From the NCBI GenBank assembly GCA_002633005.1, contig NMRA01000080.1, positions 649,291 to 713,290 of the forward strand: a DNA stretch of 64,000 nucleotides. The letters run 5' to 3'. How positions within the stretch are numbered: position 1 is the first letter of the stretch; the number at the start of each line of letters is the position of its first letter. The stretch comes from Phoronis australis (Eukaryota > Animalia > Phoronida). A program made the translations under genes and the position numbers. The notes beneath the pieces are model-generated. The model was not told the DNA's origin and searched no databases. It was given only the letters and a program-made list of their open reading frames with translations. Below are positions 50,701 to 63,096 of this stretch, one piece after another.

Positions 50701-52505
50701 TGTAGTTACCCAAGACAAATTATTAAATTGCATATTTCAGGTCCATCAAATTTCCCTCCAAAAATATCTACGCGTTAGTTCAAAAGTTTGACCCGTTTTT
50801 TGACAAATCTATTCCCTAAACGACACCCAAAAAGATAGTACAATATCACAAGACCATGAGCACAAATGGAGAAGAACCTCTGACTCACTTTTACGGAAAG
50901 AGTAATCATTGTTTGGTAAAATTCCAATCTTATGAAGATAAGTATTTGTACTAATAATTTTGTGAGTAAATCTGAACTGGAGCCACATTTAATTGGTGTC
51001 AGAAGTAAAATTTATTGAACAACCGTGGCTTTTCTCCATCACTCTCTAGTTGTTGTAATGTTTGGAGCCTGCTTCCACTACTTTTGTTGTATTGCTTAAG
51101 TGTTTTTGTCAAAATTGGTTATGAGATTCAAGATACTTACCAGCAAGTTTTCCCCCCAACAGTCGGAACGCTGAGCTTAGGAAGTCCAGGGAACAGATGA
51201 AAAGGTATAGAAGACCGAGCAGGCCAACGGTTTTGCCCACCCATTCTACTAAAACCCTTTTCACTTTCCCTTTGCCATCCAGTTCTAAAAAGACACAATA
51301 TAGTATGAGATTCAACATTGAAATAAAATGAAAGTACAGTATAAAATCTTTTGTTTAGGACATAAAATAATTTTTAAAAGATCAGCCACCTGCTAATGTG
51401 CATTACAGTAAGCACTTAAAAGTTTTAACAAATGCTGTTCAGTGACAACTAAACATCATTAAAGCAAAGAAAAATTCTATTCCAATTTTGTAGACACATT
51501 CATCCAAATAAAGTTTCATTCGTCTGCCATACTGTCCCAAACAGAAGAATTTACACCGTATAGTTGTCTGAAATAAATTGTTTATGAAGTTAGTACAAGA
51601 AAACATGTGCTGTTCAATGATTCTGTATTTCCTGAAAATTCAGGCAAGCTACGGAACAAAATGTTGTGACAATTTTAATCAAAGGCAGTTAGGAAAAAAA
51701 AGTCGAGGGGTAAAATAAAATACCCACCAAAAGATTGGTTCACTAGATTTTGAAGAACTTTTATCTCAAGGTTAATGCAAGGTTATAAACAACTGATAAG
51801 ATTTCGAGGCGTTATTTTCAGATGTACATGCACTGGGCAACTCATGGTAGTTAAAATGTTGGAAAATGATGAATTAACTTGCGCGTAACTAGTGGAAGTC
51901 ACAGCATAAGCGCAATCATCAAATGACAGAAATCAATTTTCAACGAAAATCAGAAAATACAGAATTCCAGTAGTAATGTGAAATAACAGAACAAGCTGTA
52001 ACAAACATATTCAGTTGTTACGACATTAATTCATAACAACTAAGAAAATTCCGCGAAAAGTGAGCAACCGTTATAACAGTTGACAACCCGCCAGAATCCG
52101 CGCGCGCGCACTTGCGCGACCCACACAATGCCCAAGTCACAATATACTAACCAGACCAGGCGACACCCGTGTCTTTCAGCTCCGGCATTTCCCAGGGATC
52201 ATCATCATTACCCTCGGGCTCGCCTTTAGCCGCTAACATTCCCTCTGTGTCATAATCAGGGAGCGAAGAATCGAGGACGATACACACGTCCGCTGCTGAG
52301 AGAGGACTCTTCACCTGTGAGGGCGAGCAAAAAGTGATCACCACACTTTTACAACCCCCCCGAACCCAAAAACTAATTTAAACTCGCATGTTCAAATACT
52401 TACCTCCTCAATAAGACTCTCATATTCAGGTGGCGGGGTGTCGGGTAAATGTTCTTCTGACGCATTTTCCTCGAGAGACATTTCAGTCGTACGAAAGTTC
52501 GCCAT
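38771..52505 (-). CDS. SLC34A2: Sodium-dependent phosphate cotransporter, SLC34/NaPi-II family (NaPi-IIb-like), ~687 aa, 9 exons
   Basis: Exons (minus): 52505-52404, 52314-52152 ([17 protein letters not shown]), 51284-51141 ([20 protein letters not shown]), 47804-47673 ([10 protein letters not shown]), 46100-45909 or 44298-44107 ([14 protein letters not shown]), 45055-44940 or 43257-43142, 44652-44584 or 42848-42780, 41259-41121, 39777-38771 ([22 protein letters not shown]). 2064 nt in frame using one copy of exons 5-7. Both QSSS repeats are present. The symbol reflects family similarity, not proven 1:1 orthology. Confidence 0.95.
41270..41347 (+). repeat. 27-bp tandem repeat, 3 copies
   Basis: AACATGGGAGATAAACCCTATTCTACT x3, abutting the acceptor of SLC34 exon 8. 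Confidence 0.9.
41931..42428. mobile_element. hAT-like MITE (498 bp) with 6-bp TSD
   Basis: ATCTTG|CAGGGCTTGGAAT ... ATTCCAAGCCCTG|ATCTTG; subterminal CGCGGAAA repeats. Confidence 0.8.
42749..46145. repeat. ~1.6-kb direct duplication (42749-44343 and 44553-46145) flanking a 209-N assembly gap
   Basis: Both copies carry SLC34 exons 5-7 and their introns, differing by scattered SNPs and small indels; the inner ends of both copies stop exactly at the gap. Confidence 0.92.
44344..44552. other. Assembly gap (N run)
   Basis: 209 N bases. Confidence 1.
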
Positions 52506-53557
52506 TGACTGAACAACGTGGTCGCGCGCAGTTACATTCATTTCATTGATTTTTCAAAATCTTACGCTCTCGTAAGACATCAAATTAAAGAAAATCAACA
52601 GTTTTAACAGGTATATACTAAAACTTTATTATAAGTGATTCAAAATAGCTATCTCAAAAATGGGTCTTTACTGTCAACTTTTAACTCAAAATTTGATATA
52701 ACTTTGAAACTATTTTGCACGTAAGCTTACAGAACTACTTTGAGTAAACAGGCCCAATCATATTACGGTTTGAACACCAACATCACTCATGATATTCACA
52801 TGCGAAAGTACGTTCAAAAGCAGGAACAGATGGGATTGGCTCGCCAACTCTTATACGTCATTCTTTCTGAAACCAGTCGAACCCGGTTTGATAATTCAGT
52901 ACTAACCGGTCTTTTTTACACTTTTGTAAATATGATTTGGTTTTGCATAAGCGGATTTGGGGAGACGGGGGGGGNACAATTATTTGCCCATTACATTCAA
53001 TAAAAAGACAGCACTTTTCACGAGAAAATCCAAGTTCATATTTCCACTGATATATACACCGTCAAACGTGATGAGACAATAGGCCGGGATTCTTTTTTTC
53101 TAAGTCTTTGCCGGTCACGTTGCGACGCGCACATTAAAAGTAACAAACTGCTCCCCGAATGCCTCCTGCAAAACTCTTCAAATAAAGGAGAGGAATGCGT
53201 GTCGTTGTATTCGTCTACCACTTGGTTATACAACTTAGTATTAGCACAAATCAGATTCACTGTTGTTAAAAGAAAAATCTGGACGAGACTACAAAAACCT
53301 GGAATAACAATACTGTAGCTATTTTTATAAGCCCTGTAAAAGCTCACACTTCTAATCAGACTAACCTGAATTTCCTCGGACACCCTAACATAGTGCTTAG
53401 GCAAATATTTGGTATCCAATCGTCTTCCTAAATAAAAGTTGGAATCCAATGAATATCAAAAAAAAATTGTCGGTAGGTTGTGAAAAATTCCATTCCTTTG
53501 TTGCAGCATTTTACACCTTGTGGTTGCACCTATCGGCTTGTTCTCACTTGAAAAGTG

Positions 53558-54306
53558 AAAATAATTCCTAAATACATTTAACGCATTAAATTTTATTTTC
53601 TAGAAGATGTAAATTTAAGGTAAATTATCTTTGACTGGGGTATTGTTCATCACTACGAATGTCTTCTTTAAAATACTTTCACTAATTAGATTATGAAAAT
53701 TAATTTCTGTAGGTCCAAGTTATTATTTGATAATGTCTTTAGCGTTCTCTGCAACATGTGTACCGTAGTTGTTGATGTCCGATCAGTCTATGGGCTGGGC
53801 CCGTTGATGCCTGCTGGCTTTGTTCATGGGGTCAACAGCCGAATAGGCAAGAAGTCGGACATGACCGTCGTCACACTTGCCGATGAAGAAGGGATTTCGG
53901 ACATTTAAGATTCTCCTTCCTGCAGGCCTACATGGAATTATGCCGAGTTGGTGGATATTTGGGATGTCACCCCGCCAAAGGAAGCGCGTGACTATTCGAA
54001 TATCAGTTAAGGGAAAACCTTGGGGTTAAATACTTTTTGAATAATTAGTCACGACCTTGTTAAGAAAAAACGTGATGGGTATGACCCACGATTTTTAACA
54101 CTATCAACACCTTGAAGTGTTGTGATCACTGACGCGTCAGTCGTGTTTCTTCAACAAAACAACACAAGGGTAGTTTAGGTAAGAATGAATAAAAGTTCAG
54201 TGTGTCAATAATGATTACCCATTTCCAGGTTAGGCCTTACCTTAAATTTACATCTTTTAGAAATACTGATAAAACTAACGCGTTAAATGTATTTAGGAAT
54301 TATTTT
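53558..54306. mobile_element. Long imperfect inverted-repeat pair (~65-70 bp arms), probable degenerate DNA transposon
   Basis: aaaataattcctaaatacatttaacgc..aagatgtaaatttaaggtaa (53558-53623) versus ttaccttaaatttacatctt..gcgttaaatgtatttaggaattatttt (54237-54306). Confidence 0.6.
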
Positions 54307-54343
54307 ACGTTTTCGTTATTTTCTATTTTTAACACTGTGGTAC

Positions 54344-54498
54344 CAGGGGGATCCAGGATTTTGAATTAGGGGGGCCAGGACAGAGTTTTAGCCAGTATTT
54401 TGCCCGTCAGACATTCGCACTCCCGTACTGCCAAATGGAATCTGGGAGAATTTTAGGGGGGGCATGGCCCCCTTGGCCCCCCTCTAAATCCGCCACTG
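54344..54498 (+). mobile_element. Short hAT-like MITE family, copy 1
   Basis: CAGGGGGATCCAGG ... AAATCCGCCACTG; flanks GGTAC/GGTAG; closely similar to 55997-56161 and 58979-59131. Confidence 0.75.
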
Positions 54499-55996
54499 GG
54501 TAGGCCTACTGTATTAATTCACCAATCAAACTTGTTTCTTATTGGTCAGTTTTATTTTCTCTCCTACGATATCGTCCTTAGTCAACTGTCCTACTCGGCT
54601 CAACACGAGTTTCGTTCAGTATTTTTAGCATTTTTTCGACGTTGTCCCACTCGTTAGGTTCCAGTCTTTGCCTCAGTTAGTTTCCACAAACAAGGCTGGT
54701 AACACCAGCATCTTCTGTACTTGGCTTTTACTGTTGAGAAAAAAAATAACGTGGCGACCCTGTTATTCCGATACCCAAATCCTGTGTTTTATTGCCACAT
54801 TCCAAGAAACCTGGTGACGTAATGCCCACGTCCGAAATTCACAGAAAGTTTGAGATCTTTAACGGAAGTCGTTGACCCATTTCTTTTAGTTTCCGCCAAC
54901 TACTTTTGTTTAAACTTTCAAATAAACTAAAGTGTTTCTAACAACGTTGACTACGTCGACAACACTGGCATGTCCGTATTGTGTTAGAGTTTTTTGTTAA
55001 TATTGTGTTAATTTGCATCGTACTCAACTTATGTGAAAATTAATCTATGTTGTGACTTGACTGAATAAAATTACAGTCGTTCCCGTAGAAACAACCCAAC
55101 CACTGGATGAGTCGAGTGTGGTCGGTTGACTAGCCATTTCCTACACTTAACCTCGAAGTTTTCCTACCAAGTCACAGATCACTTACACTCTCGTTTATCA
55201 TAAAAAACGTTTACAAGCAATCAAAATATAATGAAGCTTGGTTGCCTGTTGCTAGAGTAGACAGGGCGGAAGGACGTGAAAATACATTGTGTCTAACATC
55301 ATGGCCGGAACTCATCACCAAAAAGGCACCTTTTCGGTCTATTGTCAGATCTGTGTCAACTTAATTGCGAATCCAACAACCCGTCAGCCATTGCATAAAA
55401 GCCTCTCTATTGAAGAAACCTGATATAAAATCACTGATTGGATGTTGGAATATTGTTACCCTGGGTATTATCCGGGTATTATTCAAGGCTCTGATATTTA
55501 CGCTAGTCTATGCTCTTGGGAAATGAGATACGTTGTTTATGAAAAAAATCTTTGTTGAAATCCATTGACAACCAACACTTAGCAATCACCCATTGCCAGT
55601 GAAATTAAAAAATGCACAAAATATTTTCTTGTTCTTTCATGTGAATAGCACTTTGTTTTATTACATTTTGCAGTTACCCCGCCGCTGTTATAAAGCTCTC
55701 TTTCGTCACAAAAACAAATTTTGATTTAGACCACTCAGTTTTGAAATATGTCTCACAGTTTATTGATCAAATAAGTGCGGAGGTGGGCTTGGAAAAAACT
55801 GCGAGTGAGTTCGTATCAGGAAATACTGATCGAGACCAGATTGTACAAGTGGTTTGTCTCAGCAGGTAAGTTTTACACAACCATATTCTGAGCCTGTGTT
55901 GTTGTTTTTTTCCAAGCCCAGAAACAACTTCTTGTCCGCGTTGGAACAAGCTGAGATTAGGACTGTATTCCGTGAAGCAAATTTCTTACGAGAAAG

Positions 55997-56161
55997 CATG
56001 GGCGGATCCAGGATTTTGAATTAAGGGTGGGGGGCAGGGCAGAGTATTAGCCAGAATTTTGCCCGTCTGACATTCGCACCCCCGAATTGCCAAATGGAAT
56101 CTGCGAGAATTTTAGGGGGGAGGGCATGACCCCTTGCCCCCCCCCCCCAAATCCCCCACTT
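55997..56161 (+). mobile_element. Short hAT-like MITE family, copy 2
   Basis: CATGGGCGGATCCAGGATTTTGAATT...ttttgcccgtctgacattcgcacc...AAATCCCCCACTT; 5-bp GAAAG on both flanks. Confidence 0.75.
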
Positions 56162-58978
56162 GAAAGCGCATCCTCGTGAGATATTGCTATGCATTACGAA
56201 TGAAGCACGTACGAGATCACAGTTAACATTACTCAGAGAGTGTAGGCCCACTGCGTCTACGGTACGGTGCCCAGTTTTACAAGGGTAAATTAATTAGTTT
56301 GTAATTGACTGAACGCGGGTTTATACTAGCCAACATAGACTATGTCATTGTCTAAGGAATCTCGTGTACGTTTTATGTTGCATTTCGCCCTACATGTAGC
56401 TGGTTAAAAACGAAAATCGTCTTGAGGTTTTAATTACTCTTATAAAATCGCTCTCATATATTTCATATGGACTGTAGCTAGGATTCTATTTCCTTTGACC
56501 AACAAGGGCATCGAAATCACCAATGACTCACGAAAACGCTTCAAATTTAGGGATTTAGTTGCCAACCCTAAAACTGTAAATTCTAATATGACGCACGTGC
56601 GCATTTAGTCTGTTAATTTCATGACGTCACTTAAAAAGAAATATGGCTTTATGTTCCCAATTGGCAATTACTGAATAAAGGTGTAGCTGTGTAATTATTG
56701 GCACATAACAACTTGATTTGGAAATAATTCATACAAATCATGTTAATAAATAGTAGTTTAATATGAATGCGATCTGCCACATGTGAGACACGATGTTCCG
56801 AAGTTGTCCAAATTCTAAGATCTTACTTAACATTGGGTCTTTTCATGAAATAGACCTTTGGGTCCCGTACTCCGGGAAACAGAATCCAGCCACGGTATCA
56901 AACTTAATATGAAGAGACCGGTTTTATAAAAGTAAAAGCCTTGTTGGTTTTCGTTTTTAGCCAGCTAAATTGGGTAAAATGTAGACTTTTAATTTTTCGA
57001 GAAGCAGCTAAAATTCGAGACACGCTGAAGGTATCAATAAGGACTTGTATATTTTTCCGTAGGTGATCAACGACGGTCGTACTGCTGTGCACGTGAGGAC
57101 TACCTCAACCACGTTCGAATACACAGGAAACAACTTCGCGATGTCACAAGTGACAGTGAGCAGAACATAAACCAATATATTGGCAGCAATCTTTCCAAAT
57201 CATTCAGCACGCGTGACGATTAATTGTTAGCACGAGTGTTCTCTCGAGTTCGTGGCAAACCGCAGACTGAGATTAAGAACAAAACCTTCTTACCACCGTG
57301 CTTGTTAATATGACTCCAGGCTTCTTAGCGTACAAAAGGCCGTTTGTTGCAAATCCCAAATAACTGTCACCGAAATCTACACAGAATTAATTGGTTCGAC
57401 CATGAATACTTTGTACTGGAAAGATTACTCACAATATGTATACAACAACGCGAAAAATGTCATTATGCAACACCTTTTGGTTAAATAGTCGTTATTCGTA
57501 AACGAGTTCCCAATTAGATTAAGTAGAGAGAGAAAGATGGCGGGGAAAATGAAAAATTGCATCCTTTTGTATTGATTTCATGAACCAATGAACGACGATG
57601 TTTCTTGCATGACCGAGTATGTTAAGCGACTACTGATAGACAATACGACTGAGAAAAGGAATCCAAACCATGAATTCAGTTGTAGAAAGAACACACTCAA
57701 AAATGTGTAGTCATTATTTTCAATTGTTACGTGGACTGAGGTTCTATCCATCCGCATCTATCAGATTATGATGCAGTTTTCGCTGCTTAGCTGAATCTAG
57801 CCATTCTACTCTCATAAAATCAGTCTCATAATAATCCTTACTGTGTCAGGATATCATTTTCGTACCCAACTTAAGTCACAGGCAATGGTTTCACACGCCA
57901 TTTTCGAATTCGCAATTTCTGGGGAACCCGAATAAACTCGGCGAACCATTTAGTAGAGTCGCTGATGGTTTCGATGTTGGTAACGGAAATAGAATCCTGT
58001 TACGGTCAGGAATATTATGCAACCGATATTATGAGTGTTAAAGAACTAAATCGGTTTTCGTTTTTAACCAGCTTAAACAAAGCGAAATTCTAAAGTTTAG
58101 TTGGGAAGTGCCCCTCACTCGGGCTAGCCGGTACTGAGCACTCACTAACAGATCGTGTAATTGTAAACGTACCGTCACAAACTATCGTAACGTCTCACGT
58201 TAAACTCGCTTTTAGAGCCTGTTCTTGGGGCATATTCAGTTTATCCATTTTCTGACTCAGGTTACCCCTCCAAAAAATGACTGGTCATTACTAAAATCCT
58301 TTGTTTCAACCTCAGACAACAACGGTTTCTAAATCGAGGTTAAATCCAGATATCAATCCGTTCTTATATGTTCATGTGCTCTTTTGCGGTAGCGAGACTC
58401 GCAGGCCAATTATCTACCAGTACCAGAGAATCGAATTCTTCTAACTCATCTATATTCGAGAATTTTTACAGAATTCCTTCGGGTTCAAATGATTCCAACT
58501 TAATTTCTTACGAGGAATTCGATTTCAGTAACCAGCCAGGCAGTTTTGCAAAATCACCAGGTTTAGTCCACGATAGATCATTTTATTAAAGCCAGTGTTA
58601 TTGTCTGACATCGCTAATCAGTCGATATACGCCCGAACTGTGCTAACTTTCAATTAAATATACTTCAGAATTGCTAACAAGAGAATTTTCAGTTCCCTGT
58701 TCATACTTAAAGGGATAATAAACCAAGTTTTTGGTGATTACAACCAGTCCTCGTTCTGCCACCTAGCAATTCACTATTGGCGTCCTATTTGAGTGATAAA
58801 CGCAGGATTCAACTAATAACTCAATACTTTCTTTGTCAGAGATAGGATATTACGGTACTTGGTCTTTGCCTACAGTTGCCGTGTAGCTCGCCTAAAGCGT
58901 AGGTCACGCTTACCTGTTTAGCAGACTTTCTAACGAATTTTCAAATTTTGTTAGAAATATTTGAGGTGGGCTACATCA

Positions 58979-59131
58979 CAGGGGCGGATCCAGGAACTCG
59001 AGTTGCTGGAGGGGAGGCAGGGCAAAGTATTACCAAGGATTTTGCCCGTCAGGCAGTTCGCACCCCCGAACTGTGGAATGGAATCTGCCGAATAGAATCT
59101 GGGACAATTTTAGGGGGGGGGGGGGGGGGGG
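58979..59131 (+). mobile_element. Short hAT-like MITE family, copy 3 (3' end lost at poly-G/N)
   Basis: CAGGGGCGGATCCAGGA...ttttgcccgtcaggcagttcgcacccccgaa...aattttaggggg, then an N. Confidence 0.7.
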
Positions 59132-59609
59132 NTTACTGGAGTACGTGGAATGTCATATTTCAATATCACTTCATTGCACTGAATGTCACTGACGCACGGC
59201 AACGGTAACAACAATAACACATGTCCTTCGATCAACACATCAATAAGGAGTAATAGCACTGAGTGGCTAGTTGGAAATAAAGGCCACAGTACTAATTTTT
59301 ACCGACTATAAATTGAGACCTCGTTGTTACCTATATCGTTATCTCCTTGTACAGTTTGAATAAACTGGAACGTACAAATTTCTAAATGGATTTACCAACA
59401 GATAGCTTTATTATTTGAATAAATGAAACATGTTGTACTTTTCTCAAACCCCCAAGCATTTGTACTGGCCGAGCATGACGTTTCTAATAAGCACAATGTA
59501 ATTTCCAACGATTATCATATTATCTTACTATTTTAAGTTTTGTAACCAAATTGATTGTCGTTTAATGAATTCATGTGAATAGACCCGTTCATTGTCTTGA
59601 CTCTGAGTT

Positions 59610-59671
59610 TGTGACCGTGACGCCATGGACTCAGTCAGCCTGTGACTGTGACGCCATGGACTCAGTCAGCC
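59610..59671 (+). repeat. 31-bp tandem duplication
   Basis: TGTGAC(C/T)GTGACGCCATGGACTCAGTCAGCC x2. Confidence 0.9.
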
Positions 59672-60830
59672 TCTGACTCTCGGGGTGTTATTTGTCATTC
59701 GTTACTCGATGACCACTGAGACTCGGAGTGAAATGATGCAGACCAAAAAATACCGAGGCTCTAAACCAGACAAGCCGTTGGCAGACACACACTGTGATAA
59801 AACACAACCTCTCGTTATTGGACAAGTGATAATGCTTTGTTTGGCATTTGTAACGTCGCCTATAGTTTACAACTCCTACTGACGGTTTGATTTGCAGGGT
59901 GACTTCCTTGCTGAGTTCAAAATGTGATAAGGTCGGGCTAGACTAGTCGCTTTTTTAATGTCTTTGTATTGAAACAAAATAAAGAAAAAAAAATGAATTC
60001 ACTCTCACTGACAATGATTTCTCAAGTTACAATTAGGAAATCACGGATAATTTTAGGACTCACCGCGCCCCATTGACGTAGTTTAATTGTAGTTGTCAAT
60101 AGGTACATGTAAATAGCATCGAAACCACGTCTGACGTTATCTTGAATAATACTTAATGTATTCAGAGTGTAATAGGAAAATGTAGAATATACCATCAAAA
60201 CTAATTTTGTGAGTGACCAAACAACAATATTATCACCGTGATGATTGTGAATGAAAATTGGATTTACGTGTTTGGCTGCAGGTAGCCGTTTAGATCAATT
60301 ACTAATAGCCGTAATGTACTGAAGTAGCAGACGAAATCATACACGTTAAATGACCCTAATATCTAATCAAAAAGGGTAGAAAATGCTAACGTGACCTATG
60401 GGACCTCCGTGCATGCCGGGTCACTGATTTGACCGACACAATGACGTTCTGATATCATCGTAGGAAATTGCATCAACAATAGTCATTGACAGAAAATCAG
60501 CTGGTTTATTAGACGATGGCCACGAATTACAATAGTAAAAATCGTATGTTAAAGCCAAGTTCCCGGCGCCCGGCCTCGAGTCGGCAGAAATTTGGAAGGA
60601 ATGTCAGCAGACTCAGCTTCTGGCCGAGAAAGTCAGAATTTACTTCAATCTAATGCAGTAGGTTGAGTTGAGACAAGACTTAGTGTATGTGGATAAGTTG
60701 TAAAGTGATAGGGAATCACTTATTTTACATTGACACTTAGGAATCCCTGCTTTCAGTTCGCGATGTGGTGGCTAATCTGAAGGCGGCGCTTTAAACAGCT
60801 CTTTACAAAAGGAGGTGATCAAGTGTCTTT

Positions 60831-60843
60831 GTTGCCTAGTAAC
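60831..60843 (+). promoter_or_regulatory. RFX X-box upstream of TTC25/ODAD4
   Basis: GTTGCCTAGTAAC fits GTNRCC-N(0-3)-RGYAAC and starts 100 bp before the ATG of a motile-cilia gene. Confidence 0.75.
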
Positions 60844-60930
60844 AATAGATGCCGAGCGTACGCCATTACTCAGTAAATATTGATTTACGAGTTCACGTTT
60901 ACTTTGCTGACAGCTGGACTATCATTAATA

Positions 60931-63096
60931 ATGTATGACGAAACATCTGATCAAGGACCTAAGGGTACATTTGAAACATATAAAGCTGAAGGAGATGGTT
61001 TGTACAAGCAAGGAGAATTCAGAAAAGCCATCGAAAGTTTCTCCACGGTAAATTATCGAGACAGTCAGTCAGTGATCAGCTGCTCAGTCAGTTTCATTGG
61101 GTTCGAGTCTCCCCTTGAAAACGTCGATTTTGTCGTAGAATTAATGTGACTGAACTATCCCTTGAACAATTCAAAAAGTCCATATTTAGAGTGAAATGGC
61201 ATTTTGTCGAAAATTTTGATTTAGACCCTTTTCCACTACAAAATTGGTCTCAATCTGTTCCTTGAGACCTTGACTGAGATGAGAAGTGATTTTTGGTCTT
61301 GCAAAGAACTGGCAGTTCATTATAATTGTTCAAGCCCATGTCCAGTGACTACACTGAAACACCAAGATGAGAGTTAACTTGTAGATACTGTTCTCTTGCA
61401 ATAACCAACTGTCAATTCTTTCCAAAATTAAGTCGCGTTTATTTTGACTAAAGAACAATTTGAGACCAATTTCATTGAGGAAAGTGGTTTAAGCCACTAA
61501 GTCAAACATTGGATTTGTGAAGGAGGCCTGCTTTAAAATTTAGATTTTTTCCAATAGTTCTGGTTGCAATGACAGTTTCATGCATTTGATGAAATATTCA
61601 TTGACTGTACGTGTGGCACAGTCCTACAAATAAAATGCTTTACTGCCTAAGCTGTCAATATACAATCACTGGTAACGTGTAGAAATTTGAAGTAGCACCT
61701 GGAAAATATGAAAACAGCCCCTGAAATCACTTTTGCATTATATCCAGGTTCTTATTCACTCCCTTGCACACATTCATTAGTAAGACTGAGCTCACTAATA
61801 AGCAGAGATCTGAGACCAGTGTTTTGAGTAACAAGAAGCGGCCAAACATAAAGTTATATATATGGCAGTGAGAACAAACTTGCCTTATCCACTGATTTAC
61901 CTGTCAATAGATTTGTAATGTGAAGGTATTTTATGATCTTGACAATTTTGAGACAACAGGCCATGTTTTCCTGTGTTTGTTTTTGCCAGGCATTAGAGTT
62001 AAAGCAAGGTGACCGCAACTGTCTAGTGGCGAGATCCAAATGCTTTCTGCAGTTAGGTGACACTGACAAGGCTCTGGAAGATGCTGAAGCTAGTCTTGAA
62101 GATGACAAAGAGTATCACAAGGTGAATTAACAGTCAAAGAATTATACACACGTGTGGCACATGAACTGTGTGTAGTCCTACCTTAAAGTTTAAGGATAGT
62201 TGGAATATGTAACACAAGCCAGAGGGGTCCAAGGCGTCCTGATCCCCTGCTCAGCCACTTTCTATTGCTGTGATGTCTGTCCACACTTCTAGTCATGATG
62301 TTAGATCTACTCCTACCAACTCTACTCAAATAGGATGCAGGATTGTATTTGGACAATTAACTGAAAATTTCTGGACCTGAGTTTGACAAATAACACAGTT
62401 AAAACTGAAGTTCAACTGAACTTTTTGTATGTTACAAATCGTAAGGAATCGCGATTTTTGATCTCTGTAAAAAAATTCACAGTGCTGCATGTCCTTCATT
62501 CTACAATAACAGTGAAAAAATTTAATTGGTGTCCTCTGAAACTTGAAAGTCTCAAATGCCAATGACCTCAACGGTTTGTAGAAATATCTCAAAACATTGT
62601 GGAAACTTGTAAAATATTGTCTAGTTTCAATTCCAAAAGAATTCACTACCAATCAAAAGTGATAAAAACAAGAATTAAGCTTTAGACTTTGTCTCTGATG
62701 AAGTGTCTTAGGGGTTACATAAAATTTTAGTCAAAATTCTTTAAAACCAAAATTAACTTTGCATCGCTTTTAATTTAGTTTTCTGATAACCTATATAAAT
62801 ATTTTTGATAAAAAAATAAGAGATTAGTCAATTACAGATTAGTGAAACAACATGATTGCAAGAAGAACGGTGTCTTTCAGGGTCTTTTTGCCAAAGCAGA
62901 AGCTCTTTACAACAAAGGAGACTTTGAGATGGCGCTAGTGTTCTACCACAGAGGACACAAGTTACGGACTGAACTACAGGAGTTTCGCCTTGGTATCCAA
63001 AAAGCTCAGGAGGCCATTGACAACTCTGTAGGCAGTCCATCTAAAGTAAAGCTGGAAAAGAAGGGGGACTTGTCCTTCTTTGCAAAGCAAGACGAG
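60931..63096 (+). CDS. ODAD4: Outer dynein arm-docking complex subunit 4 / TPR protein 25, exons 1-3 (gene continues past the window)
   Basis: Exons 60931-61047 (MYDETSDQGPKGTFETYKAEGDGLYKQGEFRKAIESFST), 61990-62121 (ALELKQGDRNCLVARSKCFLQLGDTDKALEDAEASL..), 62881-63096 (KAEALYNKGDFEMALVFYHRGHKLR..EFRLGIQKAQEAIDNSVGSPSKVKLEKKGDLSFF). All phase 0; closely matches the TTC25 N-terminal TPRs as I recall them. Confidence 0.95.
61224..61489. mobile_element. MITE in ODAD4 intron 1 (TA-flanked, Tc1/mariner-like)
   Basis: TA|GACCCTTTTCCACTACAAAATTGGTCTC ... GAGACCAATTTCATTGAGGAAAGTGGTT|TA imperfect TIR; related to 8480-8880. Confidence 0.55.

Noticed and set aside
52740-60800. Additional protein-coding genes among the short ORFs between SLC34 and ODAD4
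   Set aside because: No consistent exon chain, coding bias or recognisable motifs; the region is dominated by repeats.
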